Positions 44,011-53,727 of a stretch of 64,000 bases of DNA are shown here, one piece after another. Each line of letters starts with the position of its first letter. Positions within the stretch are counted from its first letter, which is position 1. The notes under the pieces were generated by a model. The model was given only the letters and a program-made list of their open reading frames with translations. It did no database searches and was not told the origin of the DNA. Where the stretch lies: positions 10,574-74,573 of IMG/VR virus record IMGVR_UViG_3300037440_000399. One strand, written 5' to 3'. The DNA comes from a virus. Lineage: Duplodnaviria; Caudoviricetes. A program made the translations under genes and the position numbers.

Positions 44011-44358
44011 ATGCTGCGCTTTCACGCGCGGCCCGGCCATTGTGTGCGCTACCCCGAACGGCGCGCGGCTGGGCAGCTCTACAACTTCATCGGTCGCAAA
44101 TACGACGCTACGACTCGCGACAACGCCGCGACGGACGAGCCGTTCGAAATCGACGAAGCGCACGCCGACGACGACACGCGAAAAGCAGCGCGTCACCTCA
44201 TGACGAAGTGCCGCGACGGCGACTTGCTGCCCGCTGACGAAGCGACGGCGCGCGCTTGCGGAGTCGCATTCGAACCGCTCGCGAAAGTCGCAGACGGCTG
44301 GGCGCCAAAGCCTGCGGCGAGTCCGGCGAAAGCCTCCAAACAATCCGCGAAGGACTGA
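44011..44358 (+). CDS. Small protein upstream of the sheath gene
   Basis: RDGDLLPAD motif typical of the pre-sheath gene in Mu-like tails. Confidence 0.6.
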   Translation: MLRFHARPGHCVRYPERRAAGQLYNFIGRKYDATTRDNAATDEPFEIDEAHADDDTRKAARHLMTKCRDGDLLPADEATARACGVAFEPLAKVADGWAPKPAASPAKASKQSAKD

Positions 44359-44363
44359 CCTAG

Positions 44364-45920
44364 ATGCCGATCACCGGATACCCGAGCTCGCATCGAGCGC
44401 CGTTTACGGCTGCCGAGATCCTGTTCAACCAGGGCCCGAGCACCGCGTCCGCTGGTGTGCGGACGGCTATCTACGTTGCCCCAATGACGACCGCGGGCGA
44501 CGCGACGGTCGCCACCGTCTACCCGATCACGGACGAAGCCACAGCGATCGCTCGATTCGGGTCCGGGTCGCCGCTGCATCGCTGCCTGCGTATGCACTTG
44601 CGGGCGAACAAGAACGGCAAGCTCTACGGAATCGCCTACGCCGCATCGAGTGGAGCCGGCGTTGCGACGGCAACCGGTACGATCACCGTAGGTGGCGCGC
44701 CGACAGCATCGGGACTGTTCACGGTCTATGTGTGCGGCGAGCGCGTCGACACGGCTTTCACGACGAGCTCTACGGCGACCACGATCGGAGACGCACTCGC
44801 AGCGCAAATCAACGCCAAGACGCATCTGCCGTTCACGGCTGCCAACGTCACCGGCACGGTGACACTGACTGCCAAGATTGCGGGCGCATCGCAGGGCGAC
44901 GGCACTGTTGGCGTCTACCGCTTCCGCGCATCGGTCGAGCCCGGGAAGGGCGTTACCGCTGCAACAAGCGGCGCGGCTCTCGGACTCGGCACTGGCGTTG
45001 CTGGTGTGGACGGCGCTACGACGGAGCTTGTTGGGCTGCAGGGTGCCCTCGCGGCCATTGCTACCAGCCGTTACTACTATATGGGCTTCTCGGTTTGGTC
45101 GGACGGACACACCGCCGAGATCGAGACACACGTCGCCACCAAGAGCGAGCCCAACCCCGGGCACCGTTCGTGCGCGTGGACCGGCTACACCCACACGCTC
45201 GCGGCATGCACGACGATTGCAATCGCTCGCAACTTTCACCGGCAACACATCGTCTGGCAGAAGAACAGCGAGCACGACCCGGCGGAGCTCTGCGCCAACG
45301 TCATCGCGATCCATCAGAAGCACGAGGCGATCGACTCTGCATTTCCCGGCTTCGACAGCTATCGCCAAAGCGACTGGCTCATCCTGCCGGCATTCGCCAA
45401 TGCGGATTGGCCGAGCGGAAACGACTTCAACGACGCCGTTACGGACGGCATCACGGCGATCCTCAGCGACCAGACGGGGAGCATGCTGGGCATGTCCGTC
45501 AACACGAAGAGCAAGGACGCCGCGGGTTCGCTCGACGACTTCCGCGCGACGGAACGACATCGCGTCTCTGCGATGGACTTCTTCATCGATCGCACGCTCA
45601 CGCGCTTCGTTCTCACGTACACGTCGGTCGGATTCAAGCTCAAAGCGGACGTCCTCGATTCGAACGGCAACCCGAATCCGAATCAAGTGCTTGCTCCTAA
45701 AGTTCTCACTCCTTCGTTGTTCAAGCCCTGGTGGCTCAAGCAGATCGATGAAGCCGTCGACGTGGACGCGATTCTGCAGGACGCGGCAGCGTGGAAAGAA
45801 TCGAGCGAGGTCTCGATCGACCCGAGCAACGTGTCGCGGCTCCGCGTGAAGGCGAGCGGGCGGACAATCGACGTTGGGCACCAATTCGAGGTGGCCGTCA
45901 GCGAAACCACGCCGGCCTGA
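44364..45920 (+). CDS. Contractile tail sheath protein (Mu gpL-like)
   Basis: A...FGSGSPLHR, ATGTITV, F.AQINA...LP.TA and D..SR motifs. Confidence 0.9.
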   Translation: MPITGYPSSHRAPFTAAEILFNQGPSTASAGVRTAIYVAPMTTAGDATVATVYPITDEATAIARFGSGSPLHRCLRMHLRANKNGKLYGIAYAASSGAGVATATGTITVGGAPTASGLFTVYVCGERVDTAFTTSSTATTIGDALAAQINAKTHLPFTAANVTGTVTLTAKIAGASQGDGTVGVYRFRASVEPGKGVTAATSGAALGLGTGVAGVDGATTELVGLQGALAAIATSRYYYMGFSVWSDGHTAEIETHVATKSEPNPGHRSCAWTGYTHTLAACTTIAIARNFHRQHIVWQKNSEHDPAELCANVIAIHQKHEAIDSAFPGFDSYRQSDWLILPAFANADWPSGNDFNDAVTDGITAILSDQTGSMLGMSVNTKSKDAAGSLDDFRATERHRVSAMDFFIDRTLTRFVLTYTSVGFKLKADVLDSNGNPNPNQVLAPKVLTPSLFKPWWLKQIDEAVDVDAILQDAAAWKESSEVSIDPSNVSRLRVKASGRTIDVGHQFEVAVSETTPA

Positions 45921-45929
45921 AAGTAGAAC

Positions 45930-46304
45930 ATGGCGAACCGACTCGAAGACCATCTGCGCCTGCGGCTGCTGATCAATGGCGTGTTTCAGGTCAAGCCGTC
46001 CAGCGTACGGTTGCAACTTGCGCCGAACAACAACCCGGTGGACACGCTCGAGGGCCTCGCCGGCAAGACGCCTGGCAGCGGTCGCACGACGATCACCGTG
46101 ACGGCGGCCGTGCCCATCGGCGGCCCGGAGTTCGACTACTTCGGTTCCGCGACGCGCGGCGATTACGTCGAGATGCAGGTGCCGTTCGGTGCGCAGTCGT
46201 ACATCGGCACGGGTTGGTTCGACGACGTCGAGATCGGCCAGAGCACGGGGGCAAATACCGAGGTCAACTTCACTTGGACCGGTGAGTTCGCCGAGCCGCG
46301 ATAG
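45930..46304 (+). CDS. Tail tube protein
   Basis: 124 aa beta protein after the sheath gene. Confidence 0.8.
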   Translation: MANRLEDHLRLRLLINGVFQVKPSSVRLQLAPNNNPVDTLEGLAGKTPGSGRTTITVTAAVPIGGPEFDYFGSATRGDYVEMQVPFGAQSYIGTGWFDDVEIGQSTGANTEVNFTWTGEFAEPR

Positions 46305-46367
46305 TCACATCTTCGCGCGCGAGCGTTTTTAGGCAGGGAAACGTGAGACGCAACATTCCGTTACGAA

Positions 46368-46410
46368 CCGCCGTGTGCCCGCGTCCCCGCGTGGCCGCGG
46401 CGGCTTTTTT
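46368..46410 (+). terminator. Rho-independent terminator after the tail tube gene
   Basis: GC hairpin ccgccg...cggcgg followed by tttttt. Confidence 0.7.
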
Positions 46411-46422
46411 ATTGGTGCGAAC

Positions 46423-47181
46423 GTGAGCGCGACCGTTGTCGAGGCGTCGGCTGACGAGTTGATCCGGTCGCTGCTCGAACCGTCGCCGAGCATGGTGTTC
46501 CACCTGGATCGGCGAGAGCCAAACGGGACCACCAAACGCCACGCGCTCCGCGTGCGCATGCTGCGCATCACCGAGGACATCACGTGCCTTGCCAACGCGC
46601 AGGCGTACGCCAAAGAACGCGGAGAGGTGTCCAAGGACTACGGCGACATCTACCGCGAGGCGCAGGCCGTCGAGGTGTTGACGTTGGCGCTGTGTCATCT
46701 CGAAGATCGTACTCGCAACGACGGCACGAAGTATTTCCCGCCACGGTTCACCGATCCGCAGCAGCTGCGCGATTCATTCACGGCGCCCGAGCTTGCGCAG
46801 TGCATGAACATGTATGAAATCGTCAAGGCGAAGTACGGGGCGCTGGAAGACTTCCACCCCGCGGAAACGGAACGCTGGATTGCGCGCCTCGCTGATCCAC
46901 TGAGAGGTGCCTATTTTTTATCGGCACTGGACTCGCAAGCCTGGCCGCTCCTCTTGTTGCACATGGCCCAATGGGGTCGGTCGTTGTGCCTGGAGATTGG
47001 GCGCCCGCTACCGAGCTCGGAAGATATTTCGGAGTCCGACCCGCCGAGCTCCGACGAGGACACTGGATTCTCTTCACTGCCGCATGCCGAGTCGCAAGAG
47101 GGCGATGAGTTGCCGACCGACAAGCTGATGACGGCGGAGCAAGCACGCGAGCGCGCGAAGCAGATGCGTAAGAAAAAGTAA
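46423..47181 (+). CDS. Tail assembly chaperone
   Basis: Between tube and tape measure; contains an in-frame T TTT TTA. Confidence 0.65.
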   Translation: MSATVVEASADELIRSLLEPSPSMVFHLDRREPNGTTKRHALRVRMLRITEDITCLANAQAYAKERGEVSKDYGDIYREAQAVEVLTLALCHLEDRTRNDGTKYFPPRFTDPQQLRDSFTAPELAQCMNMYEIVKAKYGALEDFHPAETERWIARLADPLRGAYFLSALDSQAWPLLLLHMAQWGRSLCLEIGRPLPSSEDISESDPPSSDEDTGFSSLPHAESQEGDELPTDKLMTAEQARERAKQMRKKK

Positions 47182-47184
47182 CCG

Positions 47185-49317
47185 ATGCGCCTTCAATACG
47201 AAATTGCTGCGGTCGGCGTTGACCAGCTTCGCCGTACGGTGCGCTCTGCCGAGAGCATTCTTCGCGGTCACGCGCGGCAGACCGAGGCGATCACTCGCCG
47301 CGCGACCGGCTCAAGCCGCCCGCAGCGTCCGGGCGACGCCTTGCGCGGCTTCGACCAGATCGGGCGAGCGGCGCGGGCCGCAGACTTGCGCTCGTCTCGT
47401 GAGGCCATGGCGCTCGAGCGGCGGCGGCACGCAGAGGCCGTCCGGCACCGGCAACGCGAGGCTCAGGTCATGGCCCGGGGCCTGGCTTCGATCGGACGGG
47501 CTGCCCGAGCCGACGAGCTCCGGCGCCATCGGGAGGCCATGCGCAATACCCAGCGCGAGGCCGCCGCTAGAGCACGCCTGGCGGCCCGTACGGCGTCCAG
47601 CATGGGCAGGGGCGCCGCGGGCGCCATCGCGGGCGGCGCGCGCAACGTGGCGGGCCTAGGTGCCGGCATTCTGGGCATTGGCGGTGGGTTCGCGGTCGCG
47701 GGCGCCGTCCAGAGCCAGATGAGTGCTCAGGCGGTCGCGAGCAACCTGGCAAACCAAGCGGGCCGGCCAGAGCTCAAGGGCGACCTGCTCAAACAGATTC
47801 AAGGCCAGAAGGGCCTATCTGCCGAGGAAGCGGCCGGCGGCGCGTCGGCATTCCAGGCGCTCGCCGGCGACATCGAGGCGACTCAGCGCGTGCTGCCGAT
47901 GCTGTCCGAGCTCGCGCTTGCGTCGGGCTCGAGCATCGAAGACTTGGGTGCCGCAGCGGGCAGTGCGTTCGCTCAAATCCGCCGTGACGTGTCTGACCCG
48001 ATCGAGCAGATGAAGCGCCTCGCCGACGTGATGCGTCTCGTCGCCGCGCAGGGCCAGCAGGGCGCGATCGAAATCCGAGACCTCGGCCGCGAGATGCCAA
48101 GGCTAGCAGGTGTCGCGTCCAAGTTCGTCGGCGACAAAGACAAGAACCTCGGCGCGATGGCGGCGTTTTCGCAGATTGCCGTCGAGCGAGGCGGTGCGGC
48201 CAATGCAGCGCAAGCGGTATCCGGCGTGGAAGCGATGGTACGCCAGCTCGGCGCGCGAGGCACACAGCTCGAGCGCATGGGCGTCAAGGTTTTTAAGCGC
48301 GACACGAAGGGGCGCCGCGTTGGTCTGCAGGATCCGACAGAAACCGTAATCGGCGCGCTCAAAGCCACCGGCGGAGATATCCCAAAGCTTCAGAAGATCT
48401 TCGGTGAAGAGGGCATGCGCGGGATCGAAGGCTTGCGCTCGACGTTCACGCAAGCCGGCGGAGGCGCAAAAGGCGAAGCCGCAATCCGTGAACAGTTCGC
48501 GCGCTTCTCGAAAACGATGACCGCCGAGGACGTCTCCGGACGCGCGCGCTCGCGTCTCGAAGATCCAGACCTGCGTTTCAAGGAGCAGGTAAAAAAGTTC
48601 AACATGGAAGTTGGCTCGCGTCTCATGCCGGTCGTGACGAACAGTCTACTGCCAGCGCTTGAGAAGCTCGCGCCGCACATTGCGAACGCTGCGGACGCCG
48701 CCGCCAAGTTTGCAATGTGGTTCGCCGAGAATCCGATCAAAGGCATCGGCGCAGCCATCGCGGCCGCGGCCGCGAAAGACATCGCGATCGCGGGCGTCGG
48801 GAAGGGCATCTCATCTGCCGTCGAGGGGCTAATCAACGCGATGCGTCCTCGGGCGCCAGCTCTGCCCGGTGGCGTTCCGACGGGAGGCAGCGCTCCTGCG
48901 CTCGGCGGAGTCGGCGGTATGAAGCCAAACGCGGCGACGAGCATGCGCGGACTGGGTGCGATGGCAATCGGCGCCAGCATGCTCCCTGAGCTCGAGGCAA
49001 TGAAGCCTGCGATGCTCGAGCAAATCAAAATGGACCAGGAGCGCTCGAAGACGGAGCCCTGGTACGAGAGCATTTTTCGCGGACTAGGCAAAGGCAGCGG
49101 AAGCGCTCTGGACGTTGCGGCGTTCGGCGGCACCAAAGGCAAGAACGTCGAAGTGGAGCGCCACGCCGAAGCCACGAAGCGCGCCGACGACAAGGCAGCC
49201 GCGGCGCAGATGGCGCAGCTCACCGAGGCCATGAAAGGCGCGGTCGGGCCGCTGCAACAGATCGCTGCGATTGCACCCGCGGCTCCCAACCGCACCCAGC
49301 CCATTGCCGCGCGATGA
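47185..49317 (+). CDS. Tape measure protein
   Basis: 710 aa, Ala/Gly-rich helical; G..GAIEIRDL, KIFGEEG. Confidence 0.88.
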   Translation: MRLQYEIAAVGVDQLRRTVRSAESILRGHARQTEAITRRATGSSRPQRPGDALRGFDQIGRAARAADLRSSREAMALERRRHAEAVRHRQREAQVMARGLASIGRAARADELRRHREAMRNTQREAAARARLAARTASSMGRGAAGAIAGGARNVAGLGAGILGIGGGFAVAGAVQSQMSAQAVASNLANQAGRPELKGDLLKQIQGQKGLSAEEAAGGASAFQALAGDIEATQRVLPMLSELALASGSSIEDLGAAAGSAFAQIRRDVSDPIEQMKRLADVMRLVAAQGQQGAIEIRDLGREMPRLAGVASKFVGDKDKNLGAMAAFSQIAVERGGAANAAQAVSGVEAMVRQLGARGTQLERMGVKVFKRDTKGRRVGLQDPTETVIGALKATGGDIPKLQKIFGEEGMRGIEGLRSTFTQAGGGAKGEAAIREQFARFSKTMTAEDVSGRARSRLEDPDLRFKEQVKKFNMEVGSRLMPVVTNSLLPALEKLAPHIANAADAAAKFAMWFAENPIKGIGAAIAAAAAKDIAIAGVGKGISSAVEGLINAMRPRAPALPGGVPTGGSAPALGGVGGMKPNAATSMRGLGAMAIGASMLPELEAMKPAMLEQIKMDQERSKTEPWYESIFRGLGKGSGSALDVAAFGGTKGKNVEVERHAEATKRADDKAAAAQMAQLTEAMKGAVGPLQQIAAIAPAAPNRTQPIAAR

Positions 49318-49320
49318 GTT

Positions 49321-49578
49321 ATGCTCGCAGTGATGAAACACTTTCGGTTGCGCGGCGTGACGGTAGCGCCATTGCCCGAGGGCCAACGGGCGGCGATGAT
49401 CTCTGTGCCCACATACTTCCAGGCACAATCTCTCACGGATGCGCGTAAACTCGTGCAAAACGCGGCGACGCTCCCCCTGGAACGCATCGATCTGGACGAG
49501 TGGAATGAAGATCACGGTTGGGTCGATGCGGACAGTGGCCCCGGCGTGATCATTGAGAGCAAGACGCGCGGCCCGTGA
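49321..49578 (+). CDS. Hypothetical insert in the tail operon
   Basis: GTGA-coupled downstream. Confidence 0.5.
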   Translation: MLAVMKHFRLRGVTVAPLPEGQRAAMISVPTYFQAQSLTDARKLVQNAATLPLERIDLDEWNEDHGWVDADSGPGVIIESKTRGP

Positions 49579-50471
49579 TGACCGACATTCTCAAGCAACT
49601 AATGCCCGCGGGCTGGCGGGAAGTGGAGTTCCCTGTCTCGGCGCGTGAGTACGGGTTCGCGCAGGACCACGCCAAGCACCGCTTTATCTTCCGCAACGAC
49701 GAGCTCGTGGAATCGCTTGGGCGCCAGAGCCCGACGTACCGCTACACGATCCCATTCCGCGAAGACATCGTCATCGGGCGCTGGAAGAACCTCTTCACGG
49801 TCGTCTACCCGGAGTTCCTCGAAGCCTGTCAGAATCGCGACGCGGGAGTGCTCGAGGATCCGGTTCACGGCGGCCTACAAGTCAAGTGCGCATCGTTGCG
49901 CGAAACGTTGGACGTCAACCGCCGCGATGGCGTTGATGTTGAAGCAGAGTTCATTGTCGCGCCGGAGCTCGAAGACCTAGCCGAAGACCTCGGCACACAG
50001 ATCAGCACACTGAAAGGCGCCGAGGATCAGGCGGGCTTGTTCGATCGCGAGGCCGCCAAGGTCGACTGGCAGCAAGAGCCGTCGCCCGAGCCGACGAACG
50101 ACATCTTTGGCACCATATCGAGCGTCGGCGATCAGATCAGCGTCGCGGGCGGAAAGATTACGAGCAAGCTAGCCGACCTGTCATTCCGAATGCAGAAGGC
50201 CACCGACTCGATTGACCGTCTGAAGAACCCTGAGCTTGCGCCGATGCGTTACCAGGCTCGCCGTGTGCAGATCGCAGCGCACGATCTGCAGGACAATCTG
50301 CACGAACCGCCGGACGTAATCGCCGTGTACGAGGCAGCGTCCGACATCAGCGTGATCGCGCTGGCTGGGCTGTGCCGCATGGCGCTGAAAGACTTCCTCG
50401 AGCTCAACCCACTGCTCGCGTCGAAGCGCCTCGTGCCGCGGGGCACGCGCGTGAGGCGGAGGGCGGCGTGA
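49575..50471 (+). CDS. DNA circularization N-terminal domain protein (Mu gp43-like)
   Basis: WREVEFPV...HRF..R....ESLGR...G.LEDPVHG.L.V; C-terminal LNP repeat-like motif. Confidence 0.82.
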   Translation: MMTDILKQLMPAGWREVEFPVSAREYGFAQDHAKHRFIFRNDELVESLGRQSPTYRYTIPFREDIVIGRWKNLFTVVYPEFLEACQNRDAGVLEDPVHGGLQVKCASLRETLDVNRRDGVDVEAEFIVAPELEDLAEDLGTQISTLKGAEDQAGLFDREAAKVDWQQEPSPEPTNDIFGTISSVGDQISVAGGKITSKLADLSFRMQKATDSIDRLKNPELAPMRYQARRVQIAAHDLQDNLHEPPDVIAVYEAASDISVIALAGLCRMALKDFLELNPLLASKRLVPRGTRVRRRAA

Positions 50472-50489
50472 GCGTGGTAGACTGAGGTT

Positions 50490-50828
50490 ATGCCAACGAT
50501 CGAATTGAAAGGTGTTATCCGGTTGCCTCCCCCGAAGTCGCGGACCGGTTACGCCATACGCATGGACGGCGGGTTCCTTTCTGGCATGGACCAAAACGGC
50601 ATGCTCTACACGGCGCCCGAAGGTAGCCCGCACCGCCAGGTATGTTTGGATATCGAGCAAGCCAGCGCCATTGCCGAGGCACTGAAGCGTTTCAATACGG
50701 AAGTCGTCGAGGTGCCGTTGTCTGACCTGACGCCGCCCTGGGCAGAGCCGGATTTCACATGGGAGCTGCCGAGCAAAACAGACGCCTTCGCGGATTGGTC
50801 CGATGACCGACCACGGCTTCACCGTTGA
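50490..50828 (+). CDS. Hypothetical insert in the tail operon
   Basis: SD gagg; overlaps the hub start. Confidence 0.5.
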   Translation: MPTIELKGVIRLPPPKSRTGYAIRMDGGFLSGMDQNGMLYTAPEGSPHRQVCLDIEQASAIAEALKRFNTEVVEVPLSDLTPPWAEPDFTWELPSKTDAFADWSDDRPRLHR

Positions 50829-52017
50829 ATTCGAGCACACCGGCGAGAAGTTCGAAGCGAGCCGATGGGGCATCGAGAGCTATTCGATCGACTCGTCCTG
50901 GCTGACGCCCACGGATGCCTTTTCGTTCGATATCTTCTGGGGCGAGGACCGCGGCGCCGAGCTCCGGCAGAAGTTCCGCCCGCTGCAGCCAATCAAGCTC
51001 TACATCGACGACACGTGCCAGCTAATCGGGCGCATCGACAAGACGTCACCGTCCGGCCAGAGCGGCGCGGGCCTGCACGTCGAGGGGCGTGACTATCTCG
51101 CGATGCTGGTCGACGGCAGCGTGGACCCGTCGCTGAGATTCAAGAAAACGCAAGACCTCGGCGACGCGATCCTGAGCATCACGCGACCATTCGGCATCAC
51201 GACGATCTTTAGCGGCGGGTTCAACCTCACGCGCAACATACTCACCGGCAAGCGTCCGTACGGCGGTGCACCGTCGCGAGATTTCAAAGCGGCTAAACTC
51301 GACGACTTCAAGCCTGACGAGGGCGACGGCGCGTATCAGGTAGCAGAGAAGCTCGCGGCGCGACATGGCTTCATGCTGCAGCCTGCCGGCTCGCGCGACG
51401 CCATCGTGCTCGCCGAGCCCGAGTATCGCCAGGCTCCAAGCTACGAGTTTCGTCGCCCCGGCAACGTGCTTAGCGCTGGCGCCTCGCGCGATTACAGCGA
51501 CGTGCCGACCGTGACGATTGCCACGGGACGCGCGGGCGAAGCTGGCGGCAAGGTCGGCGCCATGCAGCACATGCGCTCCGCATTCGGCGACGACGCCATC
51601 AGCGCGATCGGCAAGAACGCCGAGGTGAAAGCCATTACGGGCTTTGGTACGGCGCCCGCGGTCATCAACTTTCGCATCCCGCCGACGTCCGAGGTGGTCG
51701 CTGGGCTCGGCGGCTTGCTCTACCGTCCGCTGTACTACAAGGACAAGGACTCGCGGAACCAAGAGCAGCTCGAGCGTGGGCTAAAGCGCGAGATCAGTGA
51801 GCGACTACGCAAGACGCTTGAGTACACAGTTACGATGCGCGGGCACTCTCACCCGGACACGGGCGCGTACTACGCGATCGACACCATCGCCGATGTCAAG
51901 GACGGTATCGACGACGTGAACGAGCAGCTGTGGGTTTACGAGCGCCGCATGTCTAACTCAGGGCAAGGACCTATGACCGAGCTGAAAATGGTTCGCCCAG
52001 AAAGCTACGTGCTCTAG
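50803..52017 (+). CDS. Baseplate hub (Mu gp44/gpP-like)
   Basis: YSIDSSWLTPTDAF, GRDYLAMLVD.S. Confidence 0.85.
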   Translation: MTDHGFTVEFEHTGEKFEASRWGIESYSIDSSWLTPTDAFSFDIFWGEDRGAELRQKFRPLQPIKLYIDDTCQLIGRIDKTSPSGQSGAGLHVEGRDYLAMLVDGSVDPSLRFKKTQDLGDAILSITRPFGITTIFSGGFNLTRNILTGKRPYGGAPSRDFKAAKLDDFKPDEGDGAYQVAEKLAARHGFMLQPAGSRDAIVLAEPEYRQAPSYEFRRPGNVLSAGASRDYSDVPTVTIATGRAGEAGGKVGAMQHMRSAFGDDAISAIGKNAEVKAITGFGTAPAVINFRIPPTSEVVAGLGGLLYRPLYYKDKDSRNQEQLERGLKREISERLRKTLEYTVTMRGHSHPDTGAYYAIDTIADVKDGIDDVNEQLWVYERRMSNSGQGPMTELKMVRPESYVL

Positions 52018-52649
52018 TGGCTGAACTCGTCGACGCGGGCGCCGCGAAACTCGACCCGAAAACGGGCGCGCTGCTCGTACAGTGCAAGGGCTCGACGCTG
52101 TCCACCGATGGCGACGCGCCGGACTACGGCGACGCGCCCGTGTTTGCAGCTCTCGGCATTGTCGCGATGCCGTACCCCGCCGACGACAACGGCGGCGCGC
52201 AATTCATCGTGGCGAACGACGTCACGGGGTTGGACGGCGCGGTCATCGGCGGACGCGATACGCGCACGTCGAAGATCGTTGGCAATTTGAAGCCGGGCGA
52301 CACGGTGGTCCATTCGACCGGCCCCAAGATGGCGGCCCAGCTCCAGCTCAAAGAGGACAAGCGACAAGCCGTGCTGGTGAGCAAGGACACGCGCGGGCAG
52401 ACGATGGTCGCCATGCTCGACGGCGTGAACGACAAGGTGCAGATCGCAGCGTTCGGCGGAATCATCGAGCTCTCGCGCGAGAACGGCATCGTGCTCTCTC
52501 ACGGTGGCGCAGGGCTGCAAATTAAAGACGGCGTGATCTCACAGACCGGGACGATCGTCCTCGGCGGACGCACGCCCACGCTACCCGTGCTCGCGGGCGC
52601 ATCCGGCCCTGCTGGCGTTGCGACGCCGGGCGTCTTCGTCGGCGCATGA
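52017..52649 (+). CDS. Baseplate spike (Mu gp45-like)
   Basis: GIVAMPYP, LKPGDTVVHS; beta-helical C-terminus. Confidence 0.8.
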   Translation: MAELVDAGAAKLDPKTGALLVQCKGSTLSTDGDAPDYGDAPVFAALGIVAMPYPADDNGGAQFIVANDVTGLDGAVIGGRDTRTSKIVGNLKPGDTVVHSTGPKMAAQLQLKEDKRQAVLVSKDTRGQTMVAMLDGVNDKVQIAAFGGIIELSRENGIVLSHGGAGLQIKDGVISQTGTIVLGGRTPTLPVLAGASGPAGVATPGVFVGA

Positions 52650-52948
52650 GTCTCTGCGACTTCGCTCTGCCGACGCTCTCGTTGCCGACGCTAAGTATCG
52701 CGCTCCCCTCGCTGCCCTCACTCCCATTCTTCTCGATCGACCTCGACTTCGACATTCCGCTGCCGACGCTCGCGCTCCCTACACTGAGTCTCGAGCTGCC
52801 GTCGTTGCCTGGCCTGCCGATCTTCAGCATAGACCTCGACTTGCCGGACCTGCCGCAGCTACCGACGCTTGCGCTGCCTACGTTGAGTCTGGAGCTTCCG
52901 AGTTTGCCAGGGCTTCCGTTTTTTCGGATCGAATGCCCGTTGGATTAG
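52646..52948 (+). CDS. Leu/Pro-rich triple-repeat protein
   Basis: Three copies of LPTL(S/A)LPTLS(I/L)xLPSLP(S/G)LPxF. Confidence 0.65.
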   Translation: MSLCDFALPTLSLPTLSIALPSLPSLPFFSIDLDFDIPLPTLALPTLSLELPSLPGLPIFSIDLDLPDLPQLPTLALPTLSLELPSLPGLPFFRIECPLD

Positions 52949-53316
52949 CGCGGACAGTATTGGTCACGGGTCCATAGGCGTTGTGCGTCCGAGTCGCTTG
53001 CGTATTTTGCTAAGCACTCAGCGTGCAGCCTCGCTGAACTAGCCTTGCACGAGTCGACCGCCCATATCCCCAGTCCGAACAGGACGGCTAGCGCCAGCCC
53101 CGTCGTGATCAGGTTCACCCGCAGTTCGCGCCCGTGCTGGGTATGGGCAGCGGGTAAAAGCGTAGCGAACGGCGATTGCTGCAGCGCGAGCCACTGCCCG
53201 CCCGTCTCCGCCTGAACGAAGGCGTCGACCATTCCGCCGCGAATCCACCCTGCGATCTGAGACTCGTCCACGGGGCCAACGGTTTCACCGTTTCTGCTGA
53301 CATACCAGCGCATCAT
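52945..53316 (-). CDS. GYF_2 (DUF4339)-domain membrane protein (antisense moron)
   Basis: WYVSRNGETVGPVDESQI..WI..G....FV..E.GGQW; one TM helix. Confidence 0.8.
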   Translation of the reverse strand: MMRWYVSRNGETVGPVDESQIAGWIRGGMVDAFVQAETGGQWLALQQSPFATLLPAAHTQHGRELRVNLITTGLALAVLFGLGIWAVDSCKASSARLHAECLAKYASDSDAQRLWTRDQYCPR

Positions 53317-53645
53317 TGGTCCACACACTTTCGACAGCACCACGTGAGTCCGTCCGTTACGCAAGCAACGCCGGGGTCAGACGTGTCGTAACCCATGCGC
53401 TTGCAAGAGTCCGTGCAGTAGCCTGTGTGCACGACCTCATGCGTCGCGTCCGTGTACGGCGCGCACTCCGTTCTAGGTTCGACTGGCGGCGCTACCACAA
53501 GCGCAGCGGGAGCCGCCTGTTCTACGTCCTCACTCGTCTGCGTTTCGTCCTCGTGCGCGTAGTCGCTGACCTCGCCGGTTGCGCCTCCGCAAGCAGCGAG
53601 CGCCAGGCAAAGCGTTACAGCGTGTGCGATACTCAACTTGTTCAT
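53313..53645 (-). CDS. Cys-rich lipoprotein (antisense moron)
   Basis: Signal peptide with LAAC lipobox (Cys19); SD aaagga; ATGA-coupled to the GYF_2 gene. Confidence 0.75.
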   Translation of the reverse strand: MNKLSIAHAVTLCLALAACGGATGEVSDYAHEDETQTSEDVEQAAPAALVVAPPVEPRTECAPYTDATHEVVHTGYCTDSCKRMGYDTSDPGVACVTDGLTWCCRKCVDQ

Positions 53646-53672
53646 TGGAAACTCATCCTTTCCGATGGGCCA

Positions 53673-53705
53673 GTGCCTGGGACGTGTAACGGCGTCGCCA
53701 GGCAC
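53673..53705. repeat. Inverted repeat between the moron and the resumed baseplate operon
   Basis: gtgcctgg-gacg...cgtc-g-ccaggcac. Confidence 0.6.
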
Positions 53706-53727
53706 ATTCATAAGAGCGTGACCGCCC

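Noticed and set aside
44193-46016. 607-aa minus-strand ORF
   Set aside because: Shadow of the sheath gene
52646-52948. CRISPR-like or VNTR array
   Set aside because: The repeats are degenerate in DNA, conserved in protein, and have no spacers
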